Positions 1 to 9,796 of a stretch of 64,000 nucleotides of DNA are shown here, in pieces. Below the pieces are notes generated by a model that searched no databases, was not told the origin of the DNA, and saw only the letters and a list, made by a program, of their open reading frames with translations. The stretch lies in NCBI GenBank assembly GCA_965277145.1, contig OZ255717.1, positions 435,626-499,625 of the forward strand. Reading direction: 5' to 3'. The DNA comes from Acidobacteriaceae bacterium (GTDB lineage Bacteria; Acidobacteriota; Terriglobia; Terriglobales; Acidobacteriaceae). The position numbers were made by a program, and so were the translations under genes. The stretch's first letter is position 1; the number at the start of each line of letters is the position of its first letter.

Positions 1-907
1 GCTCGGCCGCCTGCTTGCGCAACGAGACAAGACGAGCATCCTCGGCGCGCTGCACCGCCTGCCGCGCATAGGTGATCTCGAGCTTCCGATCGCCATGCTT
101 GTTGCTGTCAAGATCCGCCGCGTTCCGCAGATCCTGCTTGGCCTGCGCCATAATGTCCGGCGCATACCGGTCCGCGCCTGACAGCGTCGCGATCCGCATG
201 GCGTTATAAGCCTCAAAAAGCTCAAGCGGCGATCTCTCATTTCGCGTGATCGGGTCGGCAACCGTCTTCGAACCCTCGGTCTCCGCATAGAAGCCGCGCG
301 GCAACAGCGAGTAGTGCGCATTCACCTTCTCAAGCACGCCCTGGGTCTTGTCTTCGAGGATCACGTTCTGCAGAACGACCACATCGCTCGGCTGCGTGAC
401 CGAAAAGTATGGCTCGGCCGTGACAATAAGCCCAAAGCTCTGCAAGGACGTGGTGACGTTGATGTTGTTCTTGGTCCCGGCCGGCAGCACCTCGCCGAGG
501 TTGGACGGCCGGCCGTCAGGCGAGATCGCCCAAAGAACGTACGTCAGGTACTCGGGACCGAAGCCGTTCGCCGGTGTCAAACCCTGAAACTTCGCGTCAA
601 TCGAAATCTGCCCGCGCTCGCTGGTCACCTTCGCCTCGCCCGAAGCGCCGGGGAGCAGCACCGTGCCCTTAAAGCCGATGCGCGTCGATCCGGAGCGGTG
701 AAAGTAATTGACCGCATCCAGGTCGCGCTGCACCACCTTGACCCGATACAGATAAATCCCGTCCTGCTGCTGCGTGATCTGGCCGGCAACCTGCCCCGGC
801 GTGACGCCCGAAGTCGGGTTCGGTTCCTGAGCCACGCTCCACACCGGGACGCTGGCTGCAAACACGAGAGCACCAAAGGCCCCCAGATAGGTTCTGCTGA
901 TGTTCAT
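1..907 (-). CDS. Exported/outer-membrane protein, probably OmpA-family; N-terminal part only, runs off the left edge
   Basis: ATG at 907 opens an uninterrupted frame: MNISRTYLGAFGALVFAASVPVWSVAQ (signal-like)...GPEYLTYVLWAISPDGRPSNLGE...AEPYFSV..., ending in an Ala/Gln-rich helical stretch. Resembles acidobacterial OmpA-like proteins; the OmpA domain itself is not in the window. Confidence 0.6.
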   Translation of the reverse strand, partial: MNISRTYLGAFGALVFAASVPVWSVAQEPNPTSGVTPGQVAGQITQQQDGIYLYRVKVVQRDLDAVNYFHRSGSTRIGFKGTVLLPGASGEAKVTSERGQISIDAKFQGLTPANGFGPEYLTYVLWAISPDGRPSNLGEVLPAGTKNNINVTTSLQSFGLIVTAEPYFSVTQPSDVVVLQNVILEDKTQGVLEKVNAHYSLLPRGFYAETEGSKTVADPITRNERSPLELFEAYNAMRIATLSGADRYAPDIMAQAKQDLRNAADLDSNKHGDRKLEITYARQAVQRAEDARLVSLRKQAAE

Positions 908-1195
908 GAAAAACTCTCTCCTGTCGCGCGTCTTTGCGCGTACGGCGGATTAGTACCTCCGGTCTGCTGCTGCTCGCCATGGCCGGACACAAACCCGGAG
1001 AGAACAGGGAAAGACCCGAAACAACCCACACCACATGCGATGCGCACAGGAGCGCACACGTCGCAGCGACCGTGCAGCAAGTCGGTGAACGGACGTGACT
1101 TTAGTACCAAAACGGGATCTGGCCGGGCCCTCCATCGAAGAGGGAGGACCCGGCCAATCTGAAATCCCGATCTGACGACCTGACGATCTGAAACC

Positions 1196-1933
1196 CTACG
1201 CCGAGTGCTGGTGCTGCGGCGCCGACCTCTGAACAAAGTGGTACGGCGGCCACGGGCCGGAGAGCTGAAAGCGGCACTCCTTCATCTGCAGCGTCGCCGA
1301 ACTGTACTTGTTCTGGTACCGCTCCACCGTCCGGTTGTCGATCAGGTGCGCAATATCCAGCAGCATCTTGCCCGAGTCCATCCGTTTGCACGTAATCTCT
1401 TCCGCAATCGGAAGAAACATCCGGTGCACCTGAACCGAAAGCGCCCGCGCCCGCGACTGCCGTTCGCGCTGCCGACTCGCGCTCTCCCGCAAACTGGTCA
1501 AGTACCCCTGACCTACCGTCATGTCCCGCGAAGAGTTGCCCGGGCACGTGTCGTCGACCAGAACCTTCAAGTGCATCTCGGCCTTGCCGCGCAAACGCTC
1601 GACGTTCGCCTGGAAGTGCCGTTGGTTCGATCGAACCGACCGCCGGAGCGAGTCGTCATCCTGAAATGTTGTCCCAAACCGGAAAGGAAGCACGGTCGAG
1701 TGCGCAAAGCACTCGGCAATCACGCGGGCGTGGTCCTTTGCCGCCTGCTGGTCCAACCGTTTCGTGTCTTCAAGATTGTGCTCGGAGACAATAACCGCAA
1801 GTTCGCTTGCTGGAAACAAGAAAGCCTGGTTGCCAAAGAGGCCGGAAACCCCGGCCAGCGGTGTAGGTCGGCGGTGCCGGCACAGCTCCGGAAACGCCTC
1901 TCGTTCGGCGATGCAGTACGCGTACCATGACAT
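1196..1933 (-). CDS. GvpL/GvpF family gas-vesicle accessory-type protein (orphan)
   Basis: YAYCI N-terminus, HARVIAECFAHSTVLPFRFGT, C-terminal LSGPWPPYHF are GvpL/F signatures. Start chosen at ATG 1933; ORF track allows 1972. Confidence 0.85.
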   Translation of the reverse strand: MSWYAYCIAEREAFPELCRHRRPTPLAGVSGLFGNQAFLFPASELAVIVSEHNLEDTKRLDQQAAKDHARVIAECFAHSTVLPFRFGTTFQDDDSLRRSVRSNQRHFQANVERLRGKAEMHLKVLVDDTCPGNSSRDMTVGQGYLTSLRESASRQRERQSRARALSVQVHRMFLPIAEEITCKRMDSGKMLLDIAHLIDNRTVERYQNKYSSATLQMKECRFQLSGPWPPYHFVQRSAPQHQHSA

Positions 1934-2269
1934 AGTTTTTCCTTGACCTCTCAAAACGTTCTCCGTCGCCAAAACAGCACGCCGGTAACCGGCAAAACAT
2001 GAACTCTGGGGAGCTTCTCAGTATTCCTAGGCGCTCTGGCGTGTCCCAATTTGGAACTGCACCGAACGCGAAACGGATAGTATGCCTCCCAGAAGACACT
2101 TGGCAAGCGACGTTTTCAAGCTCCTCGGGAAGCCCCTGATTTGCCCGCAAGTGTTGCCACTGCAAGCAAAGCGAGCCCATCGAAAGCATCTGGCCGAAGC
2201 GCACCGGCCCGATTTCAAAGCACCTCGGGTGGGGCATGGAGGCCCAAACTCCATGACATCCTGGAAGCT

Positions 2270-3592
2270 ATGGAACGCCTCGGATCCCGTCCCCCTGTGG
2301 TAACCGCTTCACCCCGCGTTTTGGTGCTCGGTTTGCTCCTCGCAGCAATGTTCGCCTCTGCCTCCGCCGAACCCCGGCATAAGCAACCTCCGCCTGCCAC
2401 CTCCGATGCACCAGATCTGCTCGTCTTCACCAACGGCGACCAGCTCTCCGGCAAGCTTCTGCGCGGCGTCGGCGACCAGATCGTCTTTCGCAGCGACATG
2501 GCAGGTGAGGTCACGATCCCGCTCAGCCGCGTCAAGGAACTGCGCCCAGGCCGCAGATTCGCCGTTCTCGAAAAAGACGTTCAGGGCAAACACAGTTTCT
2601 GGTCCGGACCCGCCAGAACCACCCAGCCCGTCCCGACCGGTCAAATCGAGGTCAAGGCGGGCGAGGTGCTGGTCGGCGCCAATGCCCCGCCACCCGCCAC
2701 GCCGGAACCCGCCGCCCCGACACCCAAAAAGACACCCGCACCCGCGCCGGCACCCGGCCAAACCGCGGCGGCAGGGACTGCGCATGCCGCTCCCATCGCC
2801 ATTCCCGCTGATCGCATCGCCTTCGTCGTGGATGAGCGAACCTACCTCAGCGAGCTCAAACGCAACCCGGGCCTCGATCACGGCTGGTCCGGCAACGTCA
2901 CCGCCGGTGCCACCCTGGTGCGCTCCACCGAAACCGGATCCAGCTTCAACACGGGCCTCACACTTCTCCGCACCATCCCCGACGTCACGTACCTTCCACC
3001 GCGCAGCCGCTCCAGCCTAGACCTCAGCGAGACCTACGGACGCCTGCGTCAGCCCGTCATCCCCCAAACCATTCCACCGTCCCCGGACCTCATCGTCAAG
3101 ACCAGCATCTTTCACGCAGATGCCGAACAGGACCAGTACTTCTCCGCTCGCTTCTACGTTCTGGGACAGAGCTCGTTTGACCACAACTACTCCCAAGGCC
3201 TCAATCTTCAGCAGGTCTACGGCGTCGGCATCGGTTGGACACCTTTCTCCACGCCCAAGCGCCAGATGGACCTCAAGGCAGACGTTCACTACGAAAAAGA
3301 GACGTTCCAGACCGCCGCATCCAACGAAAATCTGATCGGTTCGAGCTTCGGTGAGATCTTCCGCACAAACCTCCAGCACGGCATCCACTTCACCGAAAAC
3401 GTAAACCTCCTGCCGGCCTGGAATGACCTCCACGCGTCTTCGGCCAACGGCTCGGCCACCCTCAGTGTGCCCGTATTTCGCCGCTTCAACCTGAACTTCA
3501 CGGCAACCGACAGCTTCCTCAACAACCCGGCGTACGGCTATCGCAAGAACAGCTTCCAGTTCGTGACGGCCGTCGGCTACACCCTGCGATAA
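2270..3592 (+). CDS. DUF481-type outer-membrane beta-barrel protein
   Basis: Signal-like hydrophobic segment, DLLVFTNGDQLSG motif, Pro/Ala linker, amphipathic beta-strands, C-terminal aromatic (VGYTLR). Start uncertain. Confidence 0.75.
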   Translation: MERLGSRPPVVTASPRVLVLGLLLAAMFASASAEPRHKQPPPATSDAPDLLVFTNGDQLSGKLLRGVGDQIVFRSDMAGEVTIPLSRVKELRPGRRFAVLEKDVQGKHSFWSGPARTTQPVPTGQIEVKAGEVLVGANAPPPATPEPAAPTPKKTPAPAPAPGQTAAAGTAHAAPIAIPADRIAFVVDERTYLSELKRNPGLDHGWSGNVTAGATLVRSTETGSSFNTGLTLLRTIPDVTYLPPRSRSSLDLSETYGRLRQPVIPQTIPPSPDLIVKTSIFHADAEQDQYFSARFYVLGQSSFDHNYSQGLNLQQVYGVGIGWTPFSTPKRQMDLKADVHYEKETFQTAASNENLIGSSFGEIFRTNLQHGIHFTENVNLLPAWNDLHASSANGSATLSVPVFRRFNLNFTATDSFLNNPAYGYRKNSFQFVTAVGYTLR

Positions 3593-3612
3593 GCCCGGCC
3601 ATCACGGTCGAC

Positions 3613-4302
3613 TTACCGCAGAGACGCGCCGGCCGATCCATCGCCCGTTGATCCATCCAGAATTCGCCGCACCGGGTCCGGCAGACCGTCCCGATCGCCC
3701 GCATGCTCGATCAGCAACGTCACCTGCCAGATCTCCGTCCCAGAGAGCTTCTGGCTGAAATCGTGCCCCGGCGCCGCCCCTTCGGCGATGCTGTCATAGA
3801 TCTGCCCGACCGGCCGGCCAGTGACGCCGACCCTTGCCCGATGACCAGGCCCTGGGCGCCACAGATCGAGCCCCGCCCCTCTCAGACCAGGCACCGCCCG
3901 CCCCCCCGGCGTCCCATGACATCGGGCGCACTGCCCCCGATACACCCGTGCACCAGCCTCAAACACGTCTTCGCTTGTCCCAAACGGAGCAACCCTGGCC
4001 GACTTCAAAGGCGCGCCCGCAGCTCCGGTCACCCCGGCCGCACCCCGCTCGCCCACCGGAGGTTCAACCGGCAAGCCAGGGTCCAGATCCGCGCCTGGAC
4101 CTCTGCTGTCGCCACGAAGTGCACGCACCCACGCTGGCCGCTCCAACCAAACATATCCAGCCACCAGCACAAGCGCCGCCCCAAGCACGAACCCGAGCAG
4201 CAAACGTCCGTTCCCGCCCCCGCCGGCGCGGCCTCGCGACCTCGCCCTGGACCCGTTAGACCCGTCTGTCCCGCTTCCCGCCCCGGCTCGCCTCTTCGCC
4301 AT
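3613..4302 (-). CDS. Membrane-anchored monoheme c-type cytochrome
   Basis: TM segment LLLGFVLGAALVLVAGYVW; single CxxCH (CARCH); C-terminal LSGTEIWQVTLLI helix. Confidence 0.75.
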   Translation of the reverse strand: MAKRRAGAGSGTDGSNGSRARSRGRAGGGGNGRLLLGFVLGAALVLVAGYVWLERPAWVRALRGDSRGPGADLDPGLPVEPPVGERGAAGVTGAAGAPLKSARVAPFGTSEDVFEAGARVYRGQCARCHGTPGGRAVPGLRGAGLDLWRPGPGHRARVGVTGRPVGQIYDSIAEGAAPGHDFSQKLSGTEIWQVTLLIEHAGDRDGLPDPVRRILDGSTGDGSAGASLR

Positions 4303-4461
4303 CGACCCTCGATCCATCCCCTTCGCCGCTGCGGCCCACTCCAGCCCAGCGCGGATGTTCTAATAAGAAGTCCCCGCACTCCCGCCCAGCGCAACACCGG
4401 CCCGGGCGCAGAGCTTCACCATACCAAAGGTGCCCGGGACGCATGGAGGAGCAAGGCTTTG

Positions 4462-5172
4462 ATGGTTGGCAAGAAATCGCAGTGGGACCGTTTGCCGTGG
4501 GTCCGGTCTCTGTTGTTCGTCTCTCTCGTGGCCGCTCTTACCCTTCCGGCCGACGCCCAGGTCGTCGCCCGGCGCACCCGGCGTGAATCCAACGCCAATC
4601 GCAAGGCCCGCATCGCCCGCGCCATCCAGGAAACCTACAGCAAACGCTTCGAAGTCGCCGGCGGCGGCGGATACCTCCGTTTCCGCTCCGGCGAGTACCT
4701 CCAGAAAAACAACGAAGTCACCTTCTTCGGCAGCGGAACCTACTTCCTGAACCCAAAACTCGGCATCACGGCTGACGTCCACGGCGGGTACGGCAACGCC
4801 AAAGTCGGCAACACAATCTACAACATCGCCAACCCCCAAATCTCCGAGTACTTCTTCACCGGCGGCCCCACCTATCGCTTCTACGCGAAACAGAAGGAAT
4901 CCGTCAGCGGCTTCGTCACCGGCGGCGTCGCGTACGGCAAGTTCAGCGGCGGCTCCAAGAACTTCACCTCCACCAGCGTCGGCATCTGGCAAGACGCCTG
5001 GCGCCCAGCCTTTACCGCCGGCGTCAATTTCGACTACAACTTCTTCCCAAACCTGGCGGTTCGCGTGACCCCCACCTACATGGGCACTACCTTCACCGGT
5101 CCATCCGGCGGCTCGCTGCAAAACAACCTCGGCGTCAACGTGGGTGTCGTCTACCGCTTCGGCAAGCAGTAA
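4462..5172 (+). CDS. Small outer-membrane beta-barrel protein
   Basis: Signal peptide ending ADA-Q, alternating beta-strand pattern, C-terminal GVVYRF. The upstream part of ORF 3703..5172 is shadow of the cytochrome gene. Confidence 0.7.
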   Translation: MVGKKSQWDRLPWVRSLLFVSLVAALTLPADAQVVARRTRRESNANRKARIARAIQETYSKRFEVAGGGGYLRFRSGEYLQKNNEVTFFGSGTYFLNPKLGITADVHGGYGNAKVGNTIYNIANPQISEYFFTGGPTYRFYAKQKESVSGFVTGGVAYGKFSGGSKNFTSTSVGIWQDAWRPAFTAGVNFDYNFFPNLAVRVTPTYMGTTFTGPSGGSLQNNLGVNVGVVYRFGKQ

Positions 5173-5218
5173 GGTCCAACCTGCTGCAAATCGCGGGCGA
5201 GCGACGACTATCGCCGAC

Positions 5219-7876
5219 TCAGGCCGAGATCACCGTCGACATCGCCGGGCTCGGCTCAGAGTCAGCCGCCGGCGCCGGTCGCAGCTCGACAATAAACCGG
5301 GCGCCCGCAGGCAGGTTCTTCTCCGCCCGAATCGTGCCGCCGTGCTCCCCGATAATCTTCGCCGCGATCGACAGACCCAGCCCCGTGCCGCGCTCCTTGG
5401 TCGAAAAATACGGCAAAAACAGCCGCTCCCGCATCTCGTCCGTCAGCCCCGTCCCGGAGTCCGCCACCACCAGCTCCACCAACCCGCTCGGCAACAGGGA
5501 AGTGGAGATCTGCAGATCGCGCATCAGACTTGTGCTCATCGCTTCAGCCGCGTTGTCGATCAGATTGCCCAAAGCGCGCTTCAAAGATTCAGGGTCCGCC
5601 AGCACCAGCGGCAGATGCGGGTCCATGTCGCGACGCACCCGGACCTCCGCCATCCGTCCCGCAAACAGTGCCAGAGCGTTCTCAACAATCGTATTCAGGT
5701 CCGCCGGACGCGGCTTTGCCGTCGGAAACTCCGCCAACGACGAGAACTGATCCACCAGAGATCGCATGCTCTCGACCGACGAGGAGATCACCTCCGAGCA
5801 TCGACGAATCACGCCCGCCGACGGCGACTCAATGCTGTGACGGTCAAGATTCGCCGCGAGACGGTCGATGTGCCGACGAATCTGCTCGGCTGAAAGCGCA
5901 ATCGGCGTCAGCGGATTCTTGATCTCGTGCGCAACCCGGCGCGCCACCTCCTTCCACGCCGACTGCCTCTGCGCACGCAGGAGCTCGGTCGCATTTTCGA
6001 GCACGAGGACGTATCCGGCATGCTCGCGCTCAGCCCGGTCGGCCATCGGCGCCATCGCGCGGCCGGCAGTTTCCAGCAGAGCGATCGTCGCCAGCAGGTG
6101 AAGTGTCTCAGCTCCCACATACCCGTTGCCCGGCCGGTTCATCTCGATCTCGCTCGACGCCGATCCCATCCGGTGCGATCGCCGGATCAGCCGCTCCAGC
6201 ACCTCCACAACCTCCGCCGGAAACACCTCAGCAATCGTCTGGCCAAGAAACGGCTTCTGTCCACCCGGATCCATCATCTCCGACAAGGCGCGGTTCGAAA
6301 GCATGATCGAGCAGCCTGGCGAAAGCGTCGCCACACCGTTGGGGATCGTCTCCAGCATCGTCTCGAGCTCGCGCCGGCGAGCCTCCAGCGTGGCATTGGC
6401 CGCCGAAAGCTCGGTCGCGGACTGAAGCACGGCGTGCCGCGAACCTTCAAGATCGGTTGCCATCCGATTGAACGATCGGACAAGTTCACCAAGCTCGTCG
6501 GTCGCACTCGCCTCCACCCGATAGGCGTAGTCCCCCGCCGCTACCGCCTCCATCGCGTCGGCAATATCCTCCACCGGCCGCGTCACCTGCTTCGAAAGAT
6601 GAAGCGCCAGCCACGACGACGCAAACAGCGCCAGGCTCGTCATCAGCAGCAGCAAGAGCGTGTATAGCCAGCGCACCTCTCGGCGGCTGCTGTAAAGCAC
6701 ACGGTACGTGTCCGCCGCCGATCGCAGCCGCGCCATGTTGGTCGAAATCCCCGGCGGCAATGGAAGTCCGACCACGACCGTCCCGCCGGTCGGCAAGGCA
6801 GCCGTTCCGAGAGCATAGTCCACGCCGTCAAGCGAAAACATCGGCCCGTCACTGCGATCCGCGGCGGAAAGGATGGAGCTTGAAATAGGACCGGCAATCA
6901 CATCCGGCGTCTCCCCCCTACCCGCGCCCAGAGCACCGGACCGCTCGCCCATCGCCGAGACAGGACGGGCGTCGTCTTCCGTCTCGCCCGCGTCGCCCGG
7001 CAGCCAGAGCTTCAACCGCGCCGTGTTCGCACCGCCGGTCGGAACATGAAATGCCGCCATCGGCCGGCCCTCGCGAAATGCAAGGGCAAAGCCGTTCTGC
7101 AGCGTGATCTCGTGCTCGCGAAAGACGCGCAAGAGCGCCTCTCGGCTGGGGGCCGCCGGACGAAACGCATCCGCGCCCGCACGGGCAGGGAGAGCCCCCG
7201 ACCGCGGCGAAGGAAGACGGGAGCGAAGCTCCGGTCGAGCATGCGAGCTCTGCCGCGTGGACCTCTCCGTTGCACTTGGCCGAGGTTCGGCTGGGCGATG
7301 CTCCCCCCGCCCGCCCGAGATCTCCGGTCGCCGCGCAGAGACCGGGGCCGCCGCCGCCGACGGCAACATGAGATTCGCGGCGATCGCCTCCGCCTCCACC
7401 CGCGCGTTCGCCGTCGAGTATTGCGCCAGATCCAGCGCCATCCGGTTAGAACTGTCGCGCACCTCGTTGGCCGGCTCGGAAAACCAACGATCCACCGCGC
7501 GGTTCATCAACCCGTACGAAAACGCAAACATGGAGCCGATCGGGACCAGCGACACCAAAACCGCGCCCGCCAGCATCCGCGTCCGAAGCCGCGATCCCAG
7601 CACCCGCGACCGCTCGTCGGCGTAAAGCTTCAGGACGTTGCGGACCAGCAACAACAGGACCGCAACAAACAGAAGAAACGCAATAACAGATAGGCCGGTA
7701 AACACAAGAATGCGCCCGGTCGTTGACGGATTCAGCAGCCGCACATTGAAGGCGTTCAGGCCCGCCAGCAAAAGAAAAAGCAACAACGTGCCGACGCCCA
7801 GAAGAATGCTGACAAGCTTGCGGCGGCGGGCCGAGATGGCGCTCTCCTCAGTCATGGGCGCAGAGGTCTCCTCCAC
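5219..7876 (-). CDS. NtrY-like membrane sensor histidine kinase (HAMP, PAS, HisKA, HATPase)
   Basis: AWKEVARRVAHEIKNPLTPI H-box, NLIDNA, DSGTG, YFSTKERGTGLGL; DELGELVRSFNRM HAMP. Confidence 0.9.
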   Translation of the reverse strand: MEETSAPMTEESAISARRRKLVSILLGVGTLLLFLLLAGLNAFNVRLLNPSTTGRILVFTGLSVIAFLLFVAVLLLLVRNVLKLYADERSRVLGSRLRTRMLAGAVLVSLVPIGSMFAFSYGLMNRAVDRWFSEPANEVRDSSNRMALDLAQYSTANARVEAEAIAANLMLPSAAAAPVSARRPEISGGRGEHRPAEPRPSATERSTRQSSHARPELRSRLPSPRSGALPARAGADAFRPAAPSREALLRVFREHEITLQNGFALAFREGRPMAAFHVPTGGANTARLKLWLPGDAGETEDDARPVSAMGERSGALGAGRGETPDVIAGPISSSILSAADRSDGPMFSLDGVDYALGTAALPTGGTVVVGLPLPPGISTNMARLRSAADTYRVLYSSRREVRWLYTLLLLLMTSLALFASSWLALHLSKQVTRPVEDIADAMEAVAAGDYAYRVEASATDELGELVRSFNRMATDLEGSRHAVLQSATELSAANATLEARRRELETMLETIPNGVATLSPGCSIMLSNRALSEMMDPGGQKPFLGQTIAEVFPAEVVEVLERLIRRSHRMGSASSEIEMNRPGNGYVGAETLHLLATIALLETAGRAMAPMADRAEREHAGYVLVLENATELLRAQRQSAWKEVARRVAHEIKNPLTPIALSAEQIRRHIDRLAANLDRHSIESPSAGVIRRCSEVISSSVESMRSLVDQFSSLAEFPTAKPRPADLNTIVENALALFAGRMAEVRVRRDMDPHLPLVLADPESLKRALGNLIDNAAEAMSTSLMRDLQISTSLLPSGLVELVVADSGTGLTDEMRERLFLPYFSTKERGTGLGLSIAAKIIGEHGGTIRAEKNLPAGARFIVELRPAPAADSEPSPAMSTVISA

Positions 7877-7962
7877 CCCGATTGTAGTGCGCCGATTCCA
7901 GCAAGCTCCGTTCGCTCAGCGGTCTCTCGCCCGGCAAGACCTCTGGAGTAAAATCCCCCCAG

Positions 7963-8505
7963 ATGAATTCAGACCTAGCTCTGAGCGATCTCCGGAGCGA
8001 GTTTCGCGCCACCGGCACCAAATCCATGCCGATCGCAGGCATGATCTTCTGGGCCATCGTCGGCGTGGCCGCGCTCTTCCTCCGTCCACTTCAGATCGGC
8101 TACCTCGTAGGCTTCGGCAGCGGTACGATCTTTCCACTCGCCATCCTGATCGACCGCCTCACCGGCCGCAAAGTAAACCTCGCCAGCACAGGCAATCCCG
8201 TGACACAGATGTTTGTGCAGTCCCTCGGCCTCGTCGCGCTCATGTGGCCGATGGTCATCATCGCCGCCGTCCTCGCCCATGACCCCATCCTGATCGTGCT
8301 CGGCGGAGCCATCCTCATGGCCATCATCTGGATCCCGTATGGCTGGGCCGCGGACGATCCCGTCGGCATGCAACACGCGATCGGCCGCTCCATCCTGGTC
8401 TACGCCGCATACCTCTTCGCCCCCACGCCCTACAAAACCACCGCAATCAGCCTGGCAGTCCTGCTCTCATACGCATACACGCTCGTGCGAATGCGGAAGT
8501 CGTAG
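7963..8505 (+). CDS. Integral membrane protein of unknown function (DUF7010-like)
   Basis: About six hydrophobic helices, typical codon usage, fills the intergenic gap. Confidence 0.65.
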   Translation: MNSDLALSDLRSEFRATGTKSMPIAGMIFWAIVGVAALFLRPLQIGYLVGFGSGTIFPLAILIDRLTGRKVNLASTGNPVTQMFVQSLGLVALMWPMVIIAAVLAHDPILIVLGGAILMAIIWIPYGWAADDPVGMQHAIGRSILVYAAYLFAPTPYKTTAISLAVLLSYAYTLVRMRKS

Positions 8506-8523
8506 CCGTTCGCAACGGAGACT

Positions 8524-9636
8524 TCACAGCAACTCCGCCACCGGCTTCCACTCGCGCCCCTGCGCCTCCGCAACAGCCGCATACGTCAACCTTCCGTCAT
8601 ACGTATTCACGCCCTCGGCAATACCTTTGTCTTCCCGGATCGTCGCCTCGGCGCCCGCGTCCGCAAGCTTCAGAACATACGGAAACGTCGCGTTCGTCAG
8701 CGCCAGCGTAGACGTGTTCGGCACCGCCGCCGGCATGTTGGTAACGCAGTAGTGCACCACCCCCGACACCTCAAACGACGGGTCCGAGTGCGTCGTCGGC
8801 CGCGCCGTCTCGATGCATCCGCCCTGGTCGATCGCCACGTCCACCACCACCGCGCCCCGCTTCATCTTGCTCACCATCGTCCGCGTCACGATCTTCGGCG
8901 CCGCGGCCCCGGGGATCAGCACACCGCCGATCACCAGATCCGCCTCAGCGGTCGCGCGCTCCACGTTGTACGAGTTCGAAACGACCGTATACACGCGGCC
9001 CGAAAAGATGTCGTCAAGCTCGCGCAGACGGTTCAGGTTCAGATCCAGCAGCGTCACCTTCGCCCCCATCCCGAGCGCAATCTTGGCCGCATTCGTCCCC
9101 ACAATCCCGCCGCCGATAATGCACACGTTCGCCGGCGCCACCCCCGGAACACCGCCCAGCAAAACTCCGCGCCCACCATGCGCCTTCGTCAGATACTCCG
9201 CTCCAATCTGCACCGAAAGCCGGCCCGCCACCTCGCTCATCGGCGTCAAGAGCGGCAGATGTCCCAGGCGGTCGCGCACCGTCTCGTACGCTATGCCAGT
9301 CACCTTCTTCTCCAGCAAAGCGTCCGTCAAAGCGTTCAACGGAGCTAGGTGCAGATACGTAAACAACAGCAGCCCAGGGCGAAAATAGACGTACTCTTTT
9401 TCCGTGGGCTCCTTCACCTTCACCACCATGTCGGCAAGACCCCACACATCGGCGGCCGAGCCCACAATCTCCGCGCCCGCGCTCTGAAAGTCCTCGTCCG
9501 GCATCGCCGAAAGCGCTCCGGCATCGTGCTCGACCAGCACCGTGTGGCCATGATCGACCAGCGCCTTCACCCCCGCCGGCGTCACACCCACGCGCGTCTC
9601 GTGATCCTTCACTTCCCTCGGCACACCGATGATCAT
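8524..9636 (-). CDS. ald: Alanine dehydrogenase
   Basis: [57 protein letters not shown]. Confidence 0.97.
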   Translation of the reverse strand: MIIGVPREVKDHETRVGVTPAGVKALVDHGHTVLVEHDAGALSAMPDEDFQSAGAEIVGSAADVWGLADMVVKVKEPTEKEYVYFRPGLLLFTYLHLAPLNALTDALLEKKVTGIAYETVRDRLGHLPLLTPMSEVAGRLSVQIGAEYLTKAHGGRGVLLGGVPGVAPANVCIIGGGIVGTNAAKIALGMGAKVTLLDLNLNRLRELDDIFSGRVYTVVSNSYNVERATAEADLVIGGVLIPGAAAPKIVTRTMVSKMKRGAVVVDVAIDQGGCIETARPTTHSDPSFEVSGVVHYCVTNMPAAVPNTSTLALTNATFPYVLKLADAGAEATIREDKGIAEGVNTYDGRLTYAAVAEAQGREWKPVAELL

Positions 9637-9796
9637 CGCTTGCTCCGCTCCCGTATCTTTCCGCCCATCCTCTGGTCTGCTCTTATTCTATCGGGACGTT
9701 CGATCGGCACAGCCCGGTACGGTACCCTGACGTTGCCGGGATCTTCGCCGCCGTCCATCTCTCCACGGACGGGCAGACCCGCGGAGATCTCCCAGC

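Noticed and set aside
314-1162. 282-aa plus-strand ORF
   Set aside because: Antisense to the edge-truncated OmpA-like gene, which has the credible protein sequence.
1196-1972. Gas-vesicle gene cluster
   Set aside because: Only GvpL/F is present; no gvpA, gvpC, gvpN or gvpJ recognised.
1973-2270. Sigma54 promoter in the gvpL/DUF481 divergent region
   Set aside because: TGGCA-like hits lack the correct GG-N10-GC spacing.
3703-4461. N-terminal half of ORF 3703..5172
   Set aside because: Overlaps the cytochrome c gene on the other strand; the signal peptide starts at 4462.
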